NCBI GenBank assembly: GCA_964603935.1
Contig: CAZRWL010000001.1
Span: 2,306 to 66,305, forward strand
From: an uncultured Gammaproteobacteria bacterium
GTDB lineage: Bacteria > Patescibacteriota > Microgenomatia > Levybacterales > UBA12049
DNA length: 64,000 bases
Direction of reading: 5' to 3'
The notes below the pieces were generated by a model. The model searched no databases and had not been told where the DNA came from. It was given only the letters and a program-made list of their open reading frames with translations. The translations under genes and the position numbers were made by a program. Below, one piece after another: positions 1 to 9,549 of the stretch (position 1 is its first letter; every line of letters begins with the position of its first letter).

Positions 1-143
1 ATTTCATTCCTGATAGTTGCAGGAGAAGCGCTCAGACTGTATTTTTTCTCCAAAGTTTCCGACCCTACAGGCTCAGCTGTAGCGATATATTCCTCTATTA
101 AACTTTTGAGAATTTCTACCTGTCTCTGCGTCAAATCATTCAT
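1..143 (-). CDS. hrcA: Heat-inducible transcription repressor HrcA, N-terminal fragment (gene continues beyond window start)
   Basis: Minus-strand translation from ATG at 143 gives MNDLTQRQVEILKSLIEEYIATAEPVGSETLEKKYSLSASPATIRNE. This matches the conserved HrcA N-terminal winged-helix region (..PVGS..L......S.ATIRNEM). Confidence 0.75.
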   Translation of the reverse strand, partial: MNDLTQRQVEILKSLIEEYIATAEPVGSETLEKKYSLSASPATIRNE

Positions 144-155
144 AGGATTTTTGGT

Positions 156-182
156 TTAGCAGTAATATAACATGAGTGCTAA
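156..182. promoter_or_regulatory. CIRCE operator (HrcA binding site) upstream of hrcA
   Basis: TTAGCAGTA-N9-GAGTGCTAA at 156-182, against the consensus TTAGCACTC-N9-GAGTGCTAA. The right half matches 9/9 and the left half 7/9. It lies 13 bp upstream of the hrcA start. Confidence 0.8.
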
Positions 183-219
183 AAAAAGTCAAGGGGCAAC
201 TGATTATTGAAGTTGCCCC
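181..219 (-). terminator. Putative intrinsic terminator (9-bp stem hairpin + T7 on minus strand)
   Basis: GGGGCAACT-gattattga-AGTTGCCCC at 193-219 forms a perfect 9-bp stem. On the minus strand it is followed by TTTTTTT (181-187). Confidence 0.4.
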
Positions 220-318
220 GCGAATCCCGTACACGCGCTCTTGCGACGCGAGGACGTAGACCTCGGGAGCAAGTAAGCGATGTAGCGGGATCAAGAGGTA
301 AAGTGATAAACTCAATGT

Positions 319-684
319 ATGAATCGGAGAAAGCGGCCTTTTTGGCTTTTGGTTACTAGCCTTTTGTCTTTAGCCGGCATTATTTTTTTAATTAATTTTT
401 ACTCCCCATCAGCGCAATTTTCCTTGCCCCTCGGAGCCTTGGCAAAGGGGGGAATTTTCAATTTTCAATTTTCAATTCTTTCTGTTTTCTTTTTATTATT
501 TTTTACTTTCCTCTTGTCTCTTATCACTTATCTCCTACGTAGTTCTCGGAGGGCTTTCTTAATTGGATTTTTGACGATAATTTATCTTATTTTCCGCATG
601 CTTAATTTAAACAGCCCCTATTTTCTGCTCCTGCTCATCGCTCTTTTCGTGAGCCTTGAACTTTTCTTCAAAAAACAAGCATAA
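319..684 (+). CDS. Hypothetical small membrane protein (3-4 predicted TM helices); contains in-frame heptamer repeat
   Basis: 121-aa ORF, strongly hydrophobic. No recognisable family. Confidence 0.3.
   Translation: MNRRKRPFWLLVTSLLSLAGIIFLINFYSPSAQFSLPLGALAKGGIFNFQFSILSVFFLLFFTFLLSLITYLLRSSRRAFLIGFLTIIYLIFRMLNLNSPYFLLLLIALFVSLELFFKKQA
453..476. repeat. Heptanucleotide tandem repeat (AATTTTC)x3.4
   Basis: gaattttcaattttcaattttcaattc, translated in-frame as FNFQFSI within ORF 319-684. Confidence 0.9.
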
Positions 685-703
685 AATCTGATAAAATAGA
701 TTT

Positions 704-2143
704 GTGAATAAATTTTATATTACAACCGCAATTCCTTATGTTAATGCAGCTCCTCACATTGGACACGCTTTAGAATTTGTTCAGGCGGATGTTCTAACGC
801 GTTATAATAGAATCAAAGGGAACGAAATTTTACTTTTGTCAGGAGCGGACGAGAACGCTTTGAAAAATGTTCAGGCTGCGGAAAAAGCAAATTTGCCAAT
901 TCAGGAATTTATTGACAAAAACAGCGCTCTTTTTGCCGATCTTGCTAAAAAATTAAACATCAACTTTGACGTATTCCAAAAAGGCAGTGATCCAAAGCAT
1001 CATTCTTCTTCTCAAGCACTGTGGAATCTTTGTAATGCAAGCGGAGATATTTATAAAAAAATTTATACAGGACTTTATTGCGTAGGCTGTGAGTTGTTTT
1101 ACGAAAAAGAAGAATTAAATGAAGGGGGGGAATGCGCTGAGCACCCGGGGAAAAAACTTGACGAAGTTTCTGAAGAAAATTATTTTTTCCGCCTTTCAAA
1201 ATATGAAACGCAAATCAAAAAATTAATTGAAGATAATACTATTAATATAATCCCGGAAAATAGAAAAAATGAAATGCTGGCTTTTGTTAAACAAGGATTA
1301 AAAGATATCAGTATTTCAAGATCAAATGAACGGGCAAAGAATTGGGGAGTTTCGGTTCCCAATGATAATGCGCAAAAAATGTATGTTTGGTTTGACGCTC
1401 TTAATATTTACCAATCAGGAATTGGGTTTGGAGCGGACGAAAAAAAATATCACAAATGGTGGCCGGCAGACTTGCATGTTATCGGCAAGGGAATTTTGCG
1501 CTTTCATGCTATTTATTGGCCGGCATTTTTATTGTCCGCCAAACTTAAACTTCCCAAAGCTATTTTTGTCCACGAATACATCACTGTCAACGGACAAAAA
1601 ATGTCCAAGACTGTCGGGAATGTTTTAGACCCAATTCCTTTGATCGAGAAATACGGCGCAGATGCTTTGCGTTATTATCTGCTTGCAAAAATATCTCCAT
1701 TTTCCGATGGCGATTTTTCCGAAGAAAAATTCAAAGAAGTTTACAATGCAGATTTAGCAAATGGAATTGGAAATACAGTATCAAGAATTGCAAAACTAGC
1801 AGAAACTTCAGGATTAAACTTTGATGAAAAGAAAATTGCTGAAAAACTATATTCAGAAGAACTCGAAGATGCTTTTGAGGAATTTAGATTTAGCGATATT
1901 TTACAAAATCTTTGGAATGTTCGTCTTTTTCTTATTAACGAACATGTTAACCAACACAATCCATGGATTGAGCTTAAAAGAGATAAAAACAAATTCAAAA
2001 TTATCTTACAAGAAGAAATTAATATGTTAAGAGAATTTGCTAGACAAATTAAACCTTTTCTCCCCGAAACTTCCGCAAAAATCGAAGAACAATTTAAGGG
2101 ACCAAAAATCTCCTCCCAAAAACCTCTATTCCCTAGAGTATAA
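704..2143 (+). CDS. metG: Methionine--tRNA ligase (class I aaRS, short form lacking C-terminal tRNA-binding domain)
   Basis: HIGH motif (AAPHIGHA) and KMSKS motif (KMSKTVGN) are present, plus MetRS-like Zn-knuckle Cys (CVGCELF..GGECAEHPG). GTG start at 704. Confidence 0.9.
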   Translation: MNKFYITTAIPYVNAAPHIGHALEFVQADVLTRYNRIKGNEILLLSGADENALKNVQAAEKANLPIQEFIDKNSALFADLAKKLNINFDVFQKGSDPKHHSSSQALWNLCNASGDIYKKIYTGLYCVGCELFYEKEELNEGGECAEHPGKKLDEVSEENYFFRLSKYETQIKKLIEDNTINIIPENRKNEMLAFVKQGLKDISISRSNERAKNWGVSVPNDNAQKMYVWFDALNIYQSGIGFGADEKKYHKWWPADLHVIGKGILRFHAIYWPAFLLSAKLKLPKAIFVHEYITVNGQKMSKTVGNVLDPIPLIEKYGADALRYYLLAKISPFSDGDFSEEKFKEVYNADLANGIGNTVSRIAKLAETSGLNFDEKKIAEKLYSEELEDAFEEFRFSDILQNLWNVRLFLINEHVNQHNPWIELKRDKNKFKIILQEEINMLREFARQIKPFLPETSAKIEEQFKGPKISSQKPLFPRV

Positions 2144-2208
2144 ATCTTCTCTCCGGAAAATATAATTTTCTAGTAAAAAATATTTATTGACACAGCATGC
2201 GAGAATGT

Positions 2209-2234
2209 GCTTTAATGATTTAAATCATTAAAGC
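2209..2234. promoter_or_regulatory. 26-bp perfect palindrome GCTTTAATGATTTAAATCATTAAAGC immediately upstream of trpR-like gene (candidate operator)
   Basis: Perfect dyad symmetry, 4 bp before the ATG at 2238. An upstream TTGACA sits at 2186-2191. Confidence 0.5.
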
Positions 2235-2237
2235 GAT

Positions 2238-2690
2238 ATGACACAGGTTTCCAGCTATCCCATTTCGAAAGAAATCGCCGACCGGATTTTTGAGATTTTT
2301 CTTAAAAGTCTTGTTAAAATACGTGATCAGAAAGAAGCGGATCAATTTATTTCTGACCTTTTAACTCCCACCGAAAAAATCATGCTTTCAAAAAGACTTG
2401 CGATTGCCTTGCTTCTGCAAAAAGATTATGACTACAGAACTATTCAAAAAATTATTAGAGTAAGCGCTGCTACTATTGCCTCTGTGAATATGGCAATCCG
2501 ATACGGAAGCGAAGGATACAGAAATCTGCTTAATAAAATTCTCAGGGAGGAAAAATTGATTAGCATTATGGAGAAATCGATTTCAAAACTCCTGTCTTTT
2601 CCGGCTAAAGCAACCAAAGGCGGAGCGGTCTGGAGATATTTAAAAGATGAGATAGATAAAAGCAGGAAGAAAAATAAGAAAGCGTTCTGA
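2238..2690 (+). CDS. TrpR/YerC/YecD-family (Trp repressor-like) DNA-binding protein
   Basis: 150 aa. The pattern LTPTEKIMLSKRLAIALLLQKDYDYRTIQKIIRVSAATIASV is typical of the YerC/YecD TrpR-like helix-turn-helix. Confidence 0.6.
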   Translation: MTQVSSYPISKEIADRIFEIFLKSLVKIRDQKEADQFISDLLTPTEKIMLSKRLAIALLLQKDYDYRTIQKIIRVSAATIASVNMAIRYGSEGYRNLLNKILREEKLISIMEKSISKLLSFPAKATKGGAVWRYLKDEIDKSRKKNKKAF

Positions 2691-2714
2691 CTTCAATGAT
2701 TTAAATCATTGAAG
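2691..2714. promoter_or_regulatory. 24-bp perfect palindrome CTTCAATGATTTAAATCATTGAAG immediately downstream of trpR-like gene (second operator copy or terminator hairpin)
   Basis: It shares the 16-bp core AATGATTTAAATCATT with the upstream palindrome and starts 1 bp after the stop codon. Confidence 0.45.
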
Positions 2715-2785
2715 CAATTAGAAAAAAAGGAATTTAGTGCTTGCAAAGAGATGCTTTTTTATACTAAGATTAATGTCGTTTTGAC

Positions 2786-3958
2786 ATGAAACATCCCAAA
2801 AAAACTGACAAGCAAAAACTCCTTATTATTTTATTTTTATGCTTAATTGTTCTTAGCGCTATTTCCTTCTTCTATTTTCTTGAGTCAAGAAAATCTCAAA
2901 ATTTCATTTTAAGCTTGAATAAGACTATAGACTCTACAAAAAAAGAATTGAGTAAGTTAAAAAACGAAGATCAATACAAGATTAACGAACAACTAAAAAC
3001 AGACATTAAATCAACCCATGATTCCTATAGCGAAACTGTTAAAGCCTATGAGAAAATCTTGGATTTAAAAGCGCAAAAGCAAGATGTTGGCGATTTGGAA
3101 AAAACTTATGCGGGAATTTTACAATATTTAACTGATCTTAATTATTCATCCGGATCCGCTCTGCTGACGGAATTAAATAACGATATAAACAAGAAATATA
3201 ACGCAATTGCTGCGACACAGAGTTCATTACCTTCAAATCAAACAGCAACTGCAAGCAATACTCCGCCATCAAGCGGATACAGTTTTCAGACAGTCAAAAC
3301 CGACAATGGAACTTTTAACGTGGCTATTATAGCAGCTGATCTTAATTCAACTAAAGTCATTATTGATACCGCATCGGATTCGGATTGCAATAATAATTGT
3401 CCGGTTATGGCTTTGGGTGATTATGCTGCCAGATCCGGAGCTTATGCGGGAATCAACGGCCCGTTTTTCTGTCCGGCAGAATATCCCAGCTGCGCAGGCA
3501 AAACTAATTCTTTTGATACTCTTTTGATGAATAAAAATAAACATTATTTTAATTCCGATAATAATAAATACAGCACCGTGCCGCTTATTTATTTTAGCGG
3601 CAATACCATGGGAGTACGGGGACAATCTTTGGATTGGGGACGGGATACGGGCGTAGATGCTGTTGTGGCTAACTTTCCTCTTTATCTTTCAGGCGGCAAT
3701 AATAATTTTGGAGGAAGTTCGGATCCTAAGATTAATAGCGCCGGCGCCCGAACTTTTGTCGCCAACAAAGGCAACTCTGTTTATATCGGTATTGTCTATA
3801 ATGCTTCAGCAGCCCAAGCAGCAGGCGTTCTTAAGACGCTTGGGATGGATAACGCTCTGGGATTGGATCAGGGAGGGTCAACTGCGCTTTGGTTCAACGG
3901 CTACAAAGCAGGTCCGGGAAGAAACATCCCCAGCGCTCTTCTTTTCGTCAGAAAATAA
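2786..3958 (+). CDS. Membrane-anchored phosphodiester glycosidase (DUF2233/NAGPA-like) family protein
   Basis: N-terminal TM helix, then a coiled-coil region, then a C-terminal domain with GINGPFF..DQGGSTALW motifs resembling DUF2233. Confidence 0.45.
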   Translation: MKHPKKTDKQKLLIILFLCLIVLSAISFFYFLESRKSQNFILSLNKTIDSTKKELSKLKNEDQYKINEQLKTDIKSTHDSYSETVKAYEKILDLKAQKQDVGDLEKTYAGILQYLTDLNYSSGSALLTELNNDINKKYNAIAATQSSLPSNQTATASNTPPSSGYSFQTVKTDNGTFNVAIIAADLNSTKVIIDTASDSDCNNNCPVMALGDYAARSGAYAGINGPFFCPAEYPSCAGKTNSFDTLLMNKNKHYFNSDNNKYSTVPLIYFSGNTMGVRGQSLDWGRDTGVDAVVANFPLYLSGGNNNFGGSSDPKINSAGARTFVANKGNSVYIGIVYNASAAQAAGVLKTLGMDNALGLDQGGSTALWFNGYKAGPGRNIPSALLFVRK

Positions 3959-4050
3959 ATATTAGAGAAGAGAAACAGGAACTCTTAATCCCATTCTAAT
4001 CAGCTTCTTGAATTGATTTCTGCAGATTTGCCTTACGCTCTCCAATTTAG

Positions 4051-4078
4051 AAAAAGAGATATCTCTTTTTATTTTTCT
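4051..4078 (+). terminator. Putative intrinsic terminator
   Basis: aaaaAGAGATATCTCTtttt palindrome followed by ATTTTTC, about 90 bp downstream of the 3958 stop. Confidence 0.4.
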
Positions 4079-4137
4079 TGCAAAAATTCTCATAGCAGCG
4101 ATCTTCATAGCTTCGATTTGCTCATTCTTCGATTCCA

Positions 4138-4180
4138 CTCAGAATCCTGAGCGAGTCGAAGGACTATGACCCTGAGCCTG
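4138..4180. repeat. Dispersed ~45-bp repeat family, copy A (intergenic)
   Basis: ctcagaatcctgagcgagtcgaaggactatgaccctgag resembles copies at 12593-12640 and 17855-17913. Shared core is CAGAATC..CTGA..CGAG.TC.AGGA..TGAC. Confidence 0.4.
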
Positions 4181-4357
4181 CCGAACGGATCATACTACCC
4201 AAATTGCTGCGTGCGCATTAGCATATAAAACCCTATTGCGCTCACCGCAATCAACAGCGATATTTCCATGCACTCATTTTAAGTTTCGGGTGTAAATATT
4301 ACTTTAAGCGCAAGTAAGAAACATGAAAGAGAAACTGATATATAATAATGGTACCCT

Positions 4358-5152
4358 ATGATTGACGTGCACTGTCATCTGAATTTTCATGCTTTTGCAA
4401 AAGATACCGATAAAGTTATCGGAAACGCATTTGCAGCCGGAGTTACCAAAATCATTAATGTGGGGACTAAAATTGACTCAAGCCAAACCGCTGTAGATTT
4501 GGCGCAAAAATACGAAAATTTATATGCAATTGTTGGAATCCATCCCCACCACGCTGATAAATTAGAAAGCAATTGGCTTGAAGAGTTGGAAGAATTAGCA
4601 AAAAAACCAAAAGTAGTGGCAATTGGCGAGATTGGAATGGATTATTATTCTTACAAATCAAATGCTATTGTTGACCCCAAATTGCAAAAAGAAGTATTCA
4701 TAAAACAGATTCAGTTGGCGCATAAACTAAATCTTCCTCTGCAAATTCATAATCGTCAGGCAGGAAAAGACATAGTGGATATACTGCTAAATCATAAGTC
4801 ATATCTCTTAAATCCCCCGGGCATGTTTCACTGCATGTCAGGAGACTTAGATTTGTTGAAAAAAGTCCTGGATTTTGGATTTTATGTTGGCTTTGATGGC
4901 AATATTACCTATAATGGTATCGCTAAAGGAGAAACAACAGCTCTATCCGAGCTGGTAGAATATGCTCCCTGCGATAGAATTGTGACTGAAACAGACAGTC
5001 CTTTTTTGACGCCCGAGCCCCACAGGGGTAGCAGAAATATACCCTCCTATGTTATAATTACAGCTAGGAAAATTGCGGAAATTAAGAAAATTCCCTTTGA
5101 AGAATTAGCCGATAATGCAATCCAAAACGCAATAAGACTCTTTAAGCTATGA
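4358..5152 (+). CDS. tatD: TatD-family metal-dependent hydrolase (DNase)
   Basis: MIDVHCHLNFHAF start, GEIGMDY motif and a D..G...FDG pattern typical of the TatD family. Confidence 0.85.
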   Translation: MIDVHCHLNFHAFAKDTDKVIGNAFAAGVTKIINVGTKIDSSQTAVDLAQKYENLYAIVGIHPHHADKLESNWLEELEELAKKPKVVAIGEIGMDYYSYKSNAIVDPKLQKEVFIKQIQLAHKLNLPLQIHNRQAGKDIVDILLNHKSYLLNPPGMFHCMSGDLDLLKKVLDFGFYVGFDGNITYNGIAKGETTALSELVEYAPCDRIVTETDSPFLTPEPHRGSRNIPSYVIITARKIAEIKKIPFEELADNAIQNAIRLFKL

Positions 5153-5195
5153 CACGTTCGACTATCGCTCAGTGTCATAGTGAGGAATTCGAACT

Positions 5196-6689
5196 ATGAC
5201 TGCTTTCTTTCAAAAAGTATTTACACGCTATCCCATAAAGACAAAAAGATTTCTGGAAATACTCCCTGGAACCGTATCTTGGACATTAATTCTTTTTCCC
5301 GTATGGGGTTCGCTTCTAATACCATATATTGTCGCATATTTTATTTTATTCTTTGATGTTTATTGGTTTTACAAATCATTCTCGCTTGCAATCATGGCTT
5401 TCATCGCATCCAGGAAGATAAAAAAATCGGAAAATGAAAATTGGTTTAATAAAATTAAAACTCTTAAGAATTACCAAAAAATTAGCCATGTGGTAATAAT
5501 CCCGAATTATACCGAAACTGTAGGTAAGTTAAGAACAACTCTTAATTCAATTGCGTCCCAAACATTCCCTGCAAAAAGAATATTTGTAGTTCTAGGAATG
5601 GAAGAAAGAGAAAGTCAGGGAGCAGAACGAGCCAAAATACTAATTCGGGAATTTAAGAGCATATTTGGAGGAATATATGCTACGTATCATCCTGATATTC
5701 CAGGTGAAGTAAAAGGAAAATCGTCAAATCAGTCGTTTGCATCAAAAGAAATTTACAAAAAACTTATTCTTAAAAAAATCATTGATATAAATTATGCAAC
5801 CATATCTTCTGTTGACGCTGATTCGATTTTCGATAAACAATATTTTTCTTATTTGACATACGAATTTTTAACCGATCCCAAGCCGTACAATAGATTTTGG
5901 CAATCGGCAAATGTTAATCACAATAATTTTTGGAATGTGCCCGCGCCAATAAGAATTATCTCTTTTTTCGGTTCTCTTTGGAGAACGGCAGTATTAGTGC
6001 AGGGAGACAGGCTTATTTCCAATTCAACTTATTCGCTATCTTTCGCTCTACTTAAGAAAATAGACTTTTGGGATACGGACGTTATTCCGGAAGACTATAG
6101 AATTTTCTTCAAGGCGTTTTACAAACTTAACGGCAATGTATGGGCAAAGCCAATATTCCTAAAAACATCTATGGATTCTCCGCGGTCATCCAATTTTCTC
6201 AAAAGTCTTAAGAGTAAATATCAGCAAGAGCAAAGATGGTCTTGGGGCGCTTCCGATGACCCCGTATTTATTAAATGGTGGTTCACTGTCCCCAACGTCC
6301 CTTTTGCAAGAAAAACAATTATGCTTTTCCATGTTCTGTTTGATCATTTCCTTTGGCCTGTAAATTGGTTCATTATCACTATTTCCGCAAACATCATAAC
6401 TCTTGTAAATCCTATTTTTTCAAGAACAACTATTGGGTATATGTTACCTCGTTTGGCAGGATTTATTTTAACTTCTTGCACAATAGCTTTTATCTCCATG
6501 ATTATTATTGATTTCAGAAACAGACCAAAAGATCCTTCCGTTTCTAAAATTCGTCAATTTATTTTTCCTCTGGAATTCATCCTTCTGCCAATCGTAGGAT
6601 TTTTTCTATCCACTCTTCCTGCTTTAATCTCTCATACTCGGCTTATGTTTGGAAAAAGAATGGAATATAAAGTCACGGAAAAATTATGA
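5196..6689 (+). CDS. Processive family-2 glycosyltransferase (CesA/chitin-synthase-like) integral membrane protein
   Basis: VVIIPNYTE start of the GT-A domain, DAD(S) DxD motif, QQEQRWSWG (QxxRW) motif, N- and C-terminal TM helices. Confidence 0.65.
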   Translation: MTAFFQKVFTRYPIKTKRFLEILPGTVSWTLILFPVWGSLLIPYIVAYFILFFDVYWFYKSFSLAIMAFIASRKIKKSENENWFNKIKTLKNYQKISHVVIIPNYTETVGKLRTTLNSIASQTFPAKRIFVVLGMEERESQGAERAKILIREFKSIFGGIYATYHPDIPGEVKGKSSNQSFASKEIYKKLILKKIIDINYATISSVDADSIFDKQYFSYLTYEFLTDPKPYNRFWQSANVNHNNFWNVPAPIRIISFFGSLWRTAVLVQGDRLISNSTYSLSFALLKKIDFWDTDVIPEDYRIFFKAFYKLNGNVWAKPIFLKTSMDSPRSSNFLKSLKSKYQQEQRWSWGASDDPVFIKWWFTVPNVPFARKTIMLFHVLFDHFLWPVNWFIITISANIITLVNPIFSRTTIGYMLPRLAGFILTSCTIAFISMIIIDFRNRPKDPSVSKIRQFIFPLEFILLPIVGFFLSTLPALISHTRLMFGKRMEYKVTEKL

Positions 6690-8161
6690 CCCTTACAAAA
6701 ATTCTAAAAGGACTTGAGAGAAGCAAAGAATTCTGGTTTGCTATTTTAACCTTATTCTTATTCTTTATACTAAGACTCCCTTCACTTTTTGAACCTCTTT
6801 GGTACGGAGATGAAGGAATATATCAAACAATAGGATCCTCGTTGAATCATGGAAAGTTGCTTTATTCGGAGGTATTCGATAACAAACCGCCTCTTTTGTA
6901 TTGGCTATATTCCTTTCTTCGCTCCGATCAGTTCAGCGTAAGGCTTGCATCTCTTATGTTTGGCGCGCTTTCTGTCGGAGCATTTTTCCTATTATCAAGA
7001 AGGCTTTTCAAAGGCAAAAATAGTGCTTCTTGTCTGGCAACTCTTGTTTTTGCTATTTTATTTGGCTTACCAACGTTAGAAGGAAATATCGCAAATGCGG
7101 AAAACTTTATGCTGCTACCAATCCTAGTTGCTGCGTTCATAATTTCAAATTTCAAATTTCACCTGTCCCCAGCGGGGGAAATTTCAAATTTCAAATTATT
7201 TATAGCCGGGACTTTCCTGGGTATTGCTTTTCTTTTCAAGATTGTCGCAATTTTTGATCTAGCTGCTTTTACCATTTTTTATTTTATCGCTAATTATAAT
7301 TTACTAAAAAAGGGCGTTAAAATACGATCTATTATTGTCGGATTTGCGCTTCCAATACTTCTTATTGCTTTGTTTTTTATCCTTAATGGAACATTTGCAG
7401 ACTTTATAAGAGCTGCATTTATCTCTAATATCTCTTATGTTAGTTATGGAAACAGAATTGGCGCATTCCCCATTATTCTTTTTATAAAATTGATTATTTT
7501 AGGAATTTTTATTCTATATGTCTTTAAGGAAAAAGAGAAAATTAGTCAAGTTTATCTTTTTATTCTGACTTGGTTCGCATTCTCATTGTTCAACGCTTAC
7601 TTTCCCCAACGCCCATACACTCATTATCTATTAATTTTAATTCCAAGCCTATCTCTTCTGATAGGGTTAATTTTATTTGATAAAAAGTATCGAAAAACTA
7701 TAGCTGTTATTTTTTTAATAGCTTTATTAATTGTAATAAAAGGATTTGGTATTCCAAAATTTCACAAAAGCATTAACTATTATCAAAATTTCCTATCTTA
7801 TGCTAAAGGCGAAAAGACAATGAGCTCGTATCAGGAATTTTTTGACCGAAATACGCCATTTGATTATGAAATAGCGCGTTTTATTAAGCCCAAACTTACC
7901 AAGAACGAGACTATTTTTGTTTGGGGAAACAATGCTCAATTATATCAATTGACCAACACAATTGCTCCAGCAAAATATACTGTTGCATATCACACATCAA
8001 ATTATAGCGATGGAGAAATAAACACAAAAACAATGATTGAAAAAGCAAGACCAAAATTTATCGTATTAATGCCTAATCAGAAAGCACTTCCTTTTTCGCT
8101 TATAGGTTATTTTCAAATAATAGAAATTAACAAAACAATAATATATGAGAGATTTTTTTAA
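6686..8161 (+). CDS. GT-C fold membrane glycosyltransferase (ArnT/PMT, family 39/83-like)
   Basis: About 11 TM helices. PLWYGDEGIY and DNKPPLLYWL motifs are typical of polyprenyl-phosphate-sugar dependent GT-C enzymes. Confidence 0.55.
   Translation: MTLTKILKGLERSKEFWFAILTLFLFFILRLPSLFEPLWYGDEGIYQTIGSSLNHGKLLYSEVFDNKPPLLYWLYSFLRSDQFSVRLASLMFGALSVGAFFLLSRRLFKGKNSASCLATLVFAILFGLPTLEGNIANAENFMLLPILVAAFIISNFKFHLSPAGEISNFKLFIAGTFLGIAFLFKIVAIFDLAAFTIFYFIANYNLLKKGVKIRSIIVGFALPILLIALFFILNGTFADFIRAAFISNISYVSYGNRIGAFPIILFIKLIILGIFILYVFKEKEKISQVYLFILTWFAFSLFNAYFPQRPYTHYLLILIPSLSLLIGLILFDKKYRKTIAVIFLIALLIVIKGFGIPKFHKSINYYQNFLSYAKGEKTMSSYQEFFDRNTPFDYEIARFIKPKLTKNETIFVWGNNAQLYQLTNTIAPAKYTVAYHTSNYSDGEINTKTMIEKARPKFIVLMPNQKALPFSLIGYFQIIEINKTIIYERFF
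7141..7197. repeat. Heptamer repeat (AATTTCA)x3 - hairpin (TCCCCagcGGGGA) - (AATTTCA)x2.7
   Basis: aatttcaaatttcaaatttca cctgTCCCCagcGGGGAa atttcaaatttcaaatt, in-frame inside the GT-C gene, giving peptide ISNFKFHLSPAGEISNFKLF. Confidence 0.9.
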
Positions 8162-8498
8162 AGAAATAACGCAGGATAAAACCGTAACTTTAGTATACTT
8201 TATCAACGGATTTTTTATTATTTCGTCCGTTGTTCTTGTTTTATTTTTCTACAGACGCTTCCCCCCATTGATTCCAATTTTCAATCAGCTGCCATGGGGC
8301 GAGCAAAGACTGGGAACAACAATAACTATATTTATACCCATATTTGTGTCGCTGTCAATTTTGGTAAGCAATATTTTTATTTCGGCTTTAATCTACAAAA
8401 ATATTCCCCTCGCTGCCCGCATGCTCGCAGCCATTAGCCTTCTTATAGGAATACTTACGCTGCTTCTTGTTGTAAAAACTATTGCATTGACTGCTTGA
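8145..8498 (+). CDS. Hypothetical small membrane protein
   Basis: 117-aa hydrophobic ORF. No family recognised. Confidence 0.3.
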   Translation: MRDFFKEITQDKTVTLVYFINGFFIISSVVLVLFFYRRFPPLIPIFNQLPWGEQRLGTTITIFIPIFVSLSILVSNIFISALIYKNIPLAARMLAAISLLIGILTLLLVVKTIALTA

Positions 8499-8499
8499 T

Positions 8500-9549
8500 A
8501 TGACAATATTTTTTTCTTTTCTAACAGCATTTATTGCGACTATCATCGCAACACCTTTATCTATATTCATTATGAAAAAGATGAATATTATTGATGATCC
8601 AAAAATCCATAAGCATCCCGCAATAATTCATAAAAAACCTATTCCCCGAGGCGGAGGAATTCCTCTTTTTGCAGGAACTGTCTTGGCTGCAATATTTTTT
8701 CTGCCTCTTCCCAAAACCATGATTATGCTTTTCATCGCAGGATTTATTGCGCTTCTAATCGGCATTATAGATGATAAATATGATATTTCCCCATACTTAC
8801 GATTTCTTTCAAATATTGCAGTTGCAGGAATTGTCGTTGGAAGCGGAATAACTATTCCTTTCGTAACAAATCCATTGGGAGGAATATTGTATCTTGATTC
8901 AATGAGTCTCCCTTTTGGGCTCAAACTTCCCGACATGATTGCGATGCTTTGGATTATCTGGGTTATGAATATGTTAAACTGGAGCAAAGGAGTTGACGGC
9001 CAAATGCCCGGAATTGTAGCAATATCGGCAATCGTAATAGGACTCCTTGGTATTCGTCTCGCAGATCCCAGCCACACAAATCAAGTAAGCATAATGCTTT
9101 CTTTTATTATAGCCGGAGCATCGCTTGGATTCTTAGTATTTAATTATCATCCGGCGAGGATATTTCCCGGATATGGCGCCACTGCTATTTATCTCTTGCT
9201 TGGCGCGGCTTCTATTTTGTCCGGAGCAAAACTAGCAACAGCTATATTGGTAATGGGAGTGCCAATGGTGGATGGCGCATTCACGATAATACGCCGTCTT
9301 TTAACAGGGCGTTCTCCTTTCTGGCATGACAAAAAACATCTCCACCATCTGCTCTTAAGTCTTGGCATGGGACAGAAGCGTATCGCATTGTTTTATTGGA
9401 CAATCTCTGCTATATTAGGAGCGCTTGCTTTGGTTTTGTCAAGTCAAGCTAAGGCTTTTGCGATTATAATGCTTTTAATTGTATTAGGCGGAACATTGCT
9501 TTTTCTGCATTATGCTCTTGAAAACACCTATGACAAAAATCGCCTATAA
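8500..9549 (+). CDS. MraY/WecA-family (GT4) polyprenyl-phosphate N-acetylhexosamine-1-phosphate transferase
   Basis: About 10 TM helices. Motifs IIDDP, NMLNWSKGVDG (NxxNxxDGxDG) and the general MraY/WecA topology. Confidence 0.65.
   Translation: MTIFFSFLTAFIATIIATPLSIFIMKKMNIIDDPKIHKHPAIIHKKPIPRGGGIPLFAGTVLAAIFFLPLPKTMIMLFIAGFIALLIGIIDDKYDISPYLRFLSNIAVAGIVVGSGITIPFVTNPLGGILYLDSMSLPFGLKLPDMIAMLWIIWVMNMLNWSKGVDGQMPGIVAISAIVIGLLGIRLADPSHTNQVSIMLSFIIAGASLGFLVFNYHPARIFPGYGATAIYLLLGAASILSGAKLATAILVMGVPMVDGAFTIIRRLLTGRSPFWHDKKHLHHLLLSLGMGQKRIALFYWTISAILGALALVLSSQAKAFAIIMLLIVLGGTLLFLHYALENTYDKNRL

Noticed and set aside
3959-4357. 400-bp non-coding gap examined for a tRNA or other RNA gene
   Set aside because: No cloverleaf, T-loop or D-loop signature was found. 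It holds only a palindromic terminator (4051-4078) and a diverged copy of the dispersed repeat (4138-4180).
5153-5195. Imperfect inverted repeat between tatD and the GT2 gene (gttcgactat...atagtgaggaattcgaac)
   Set aside because: The stem is interrupted and no T-run follows. Too weak to call a terminator or regulatory site.
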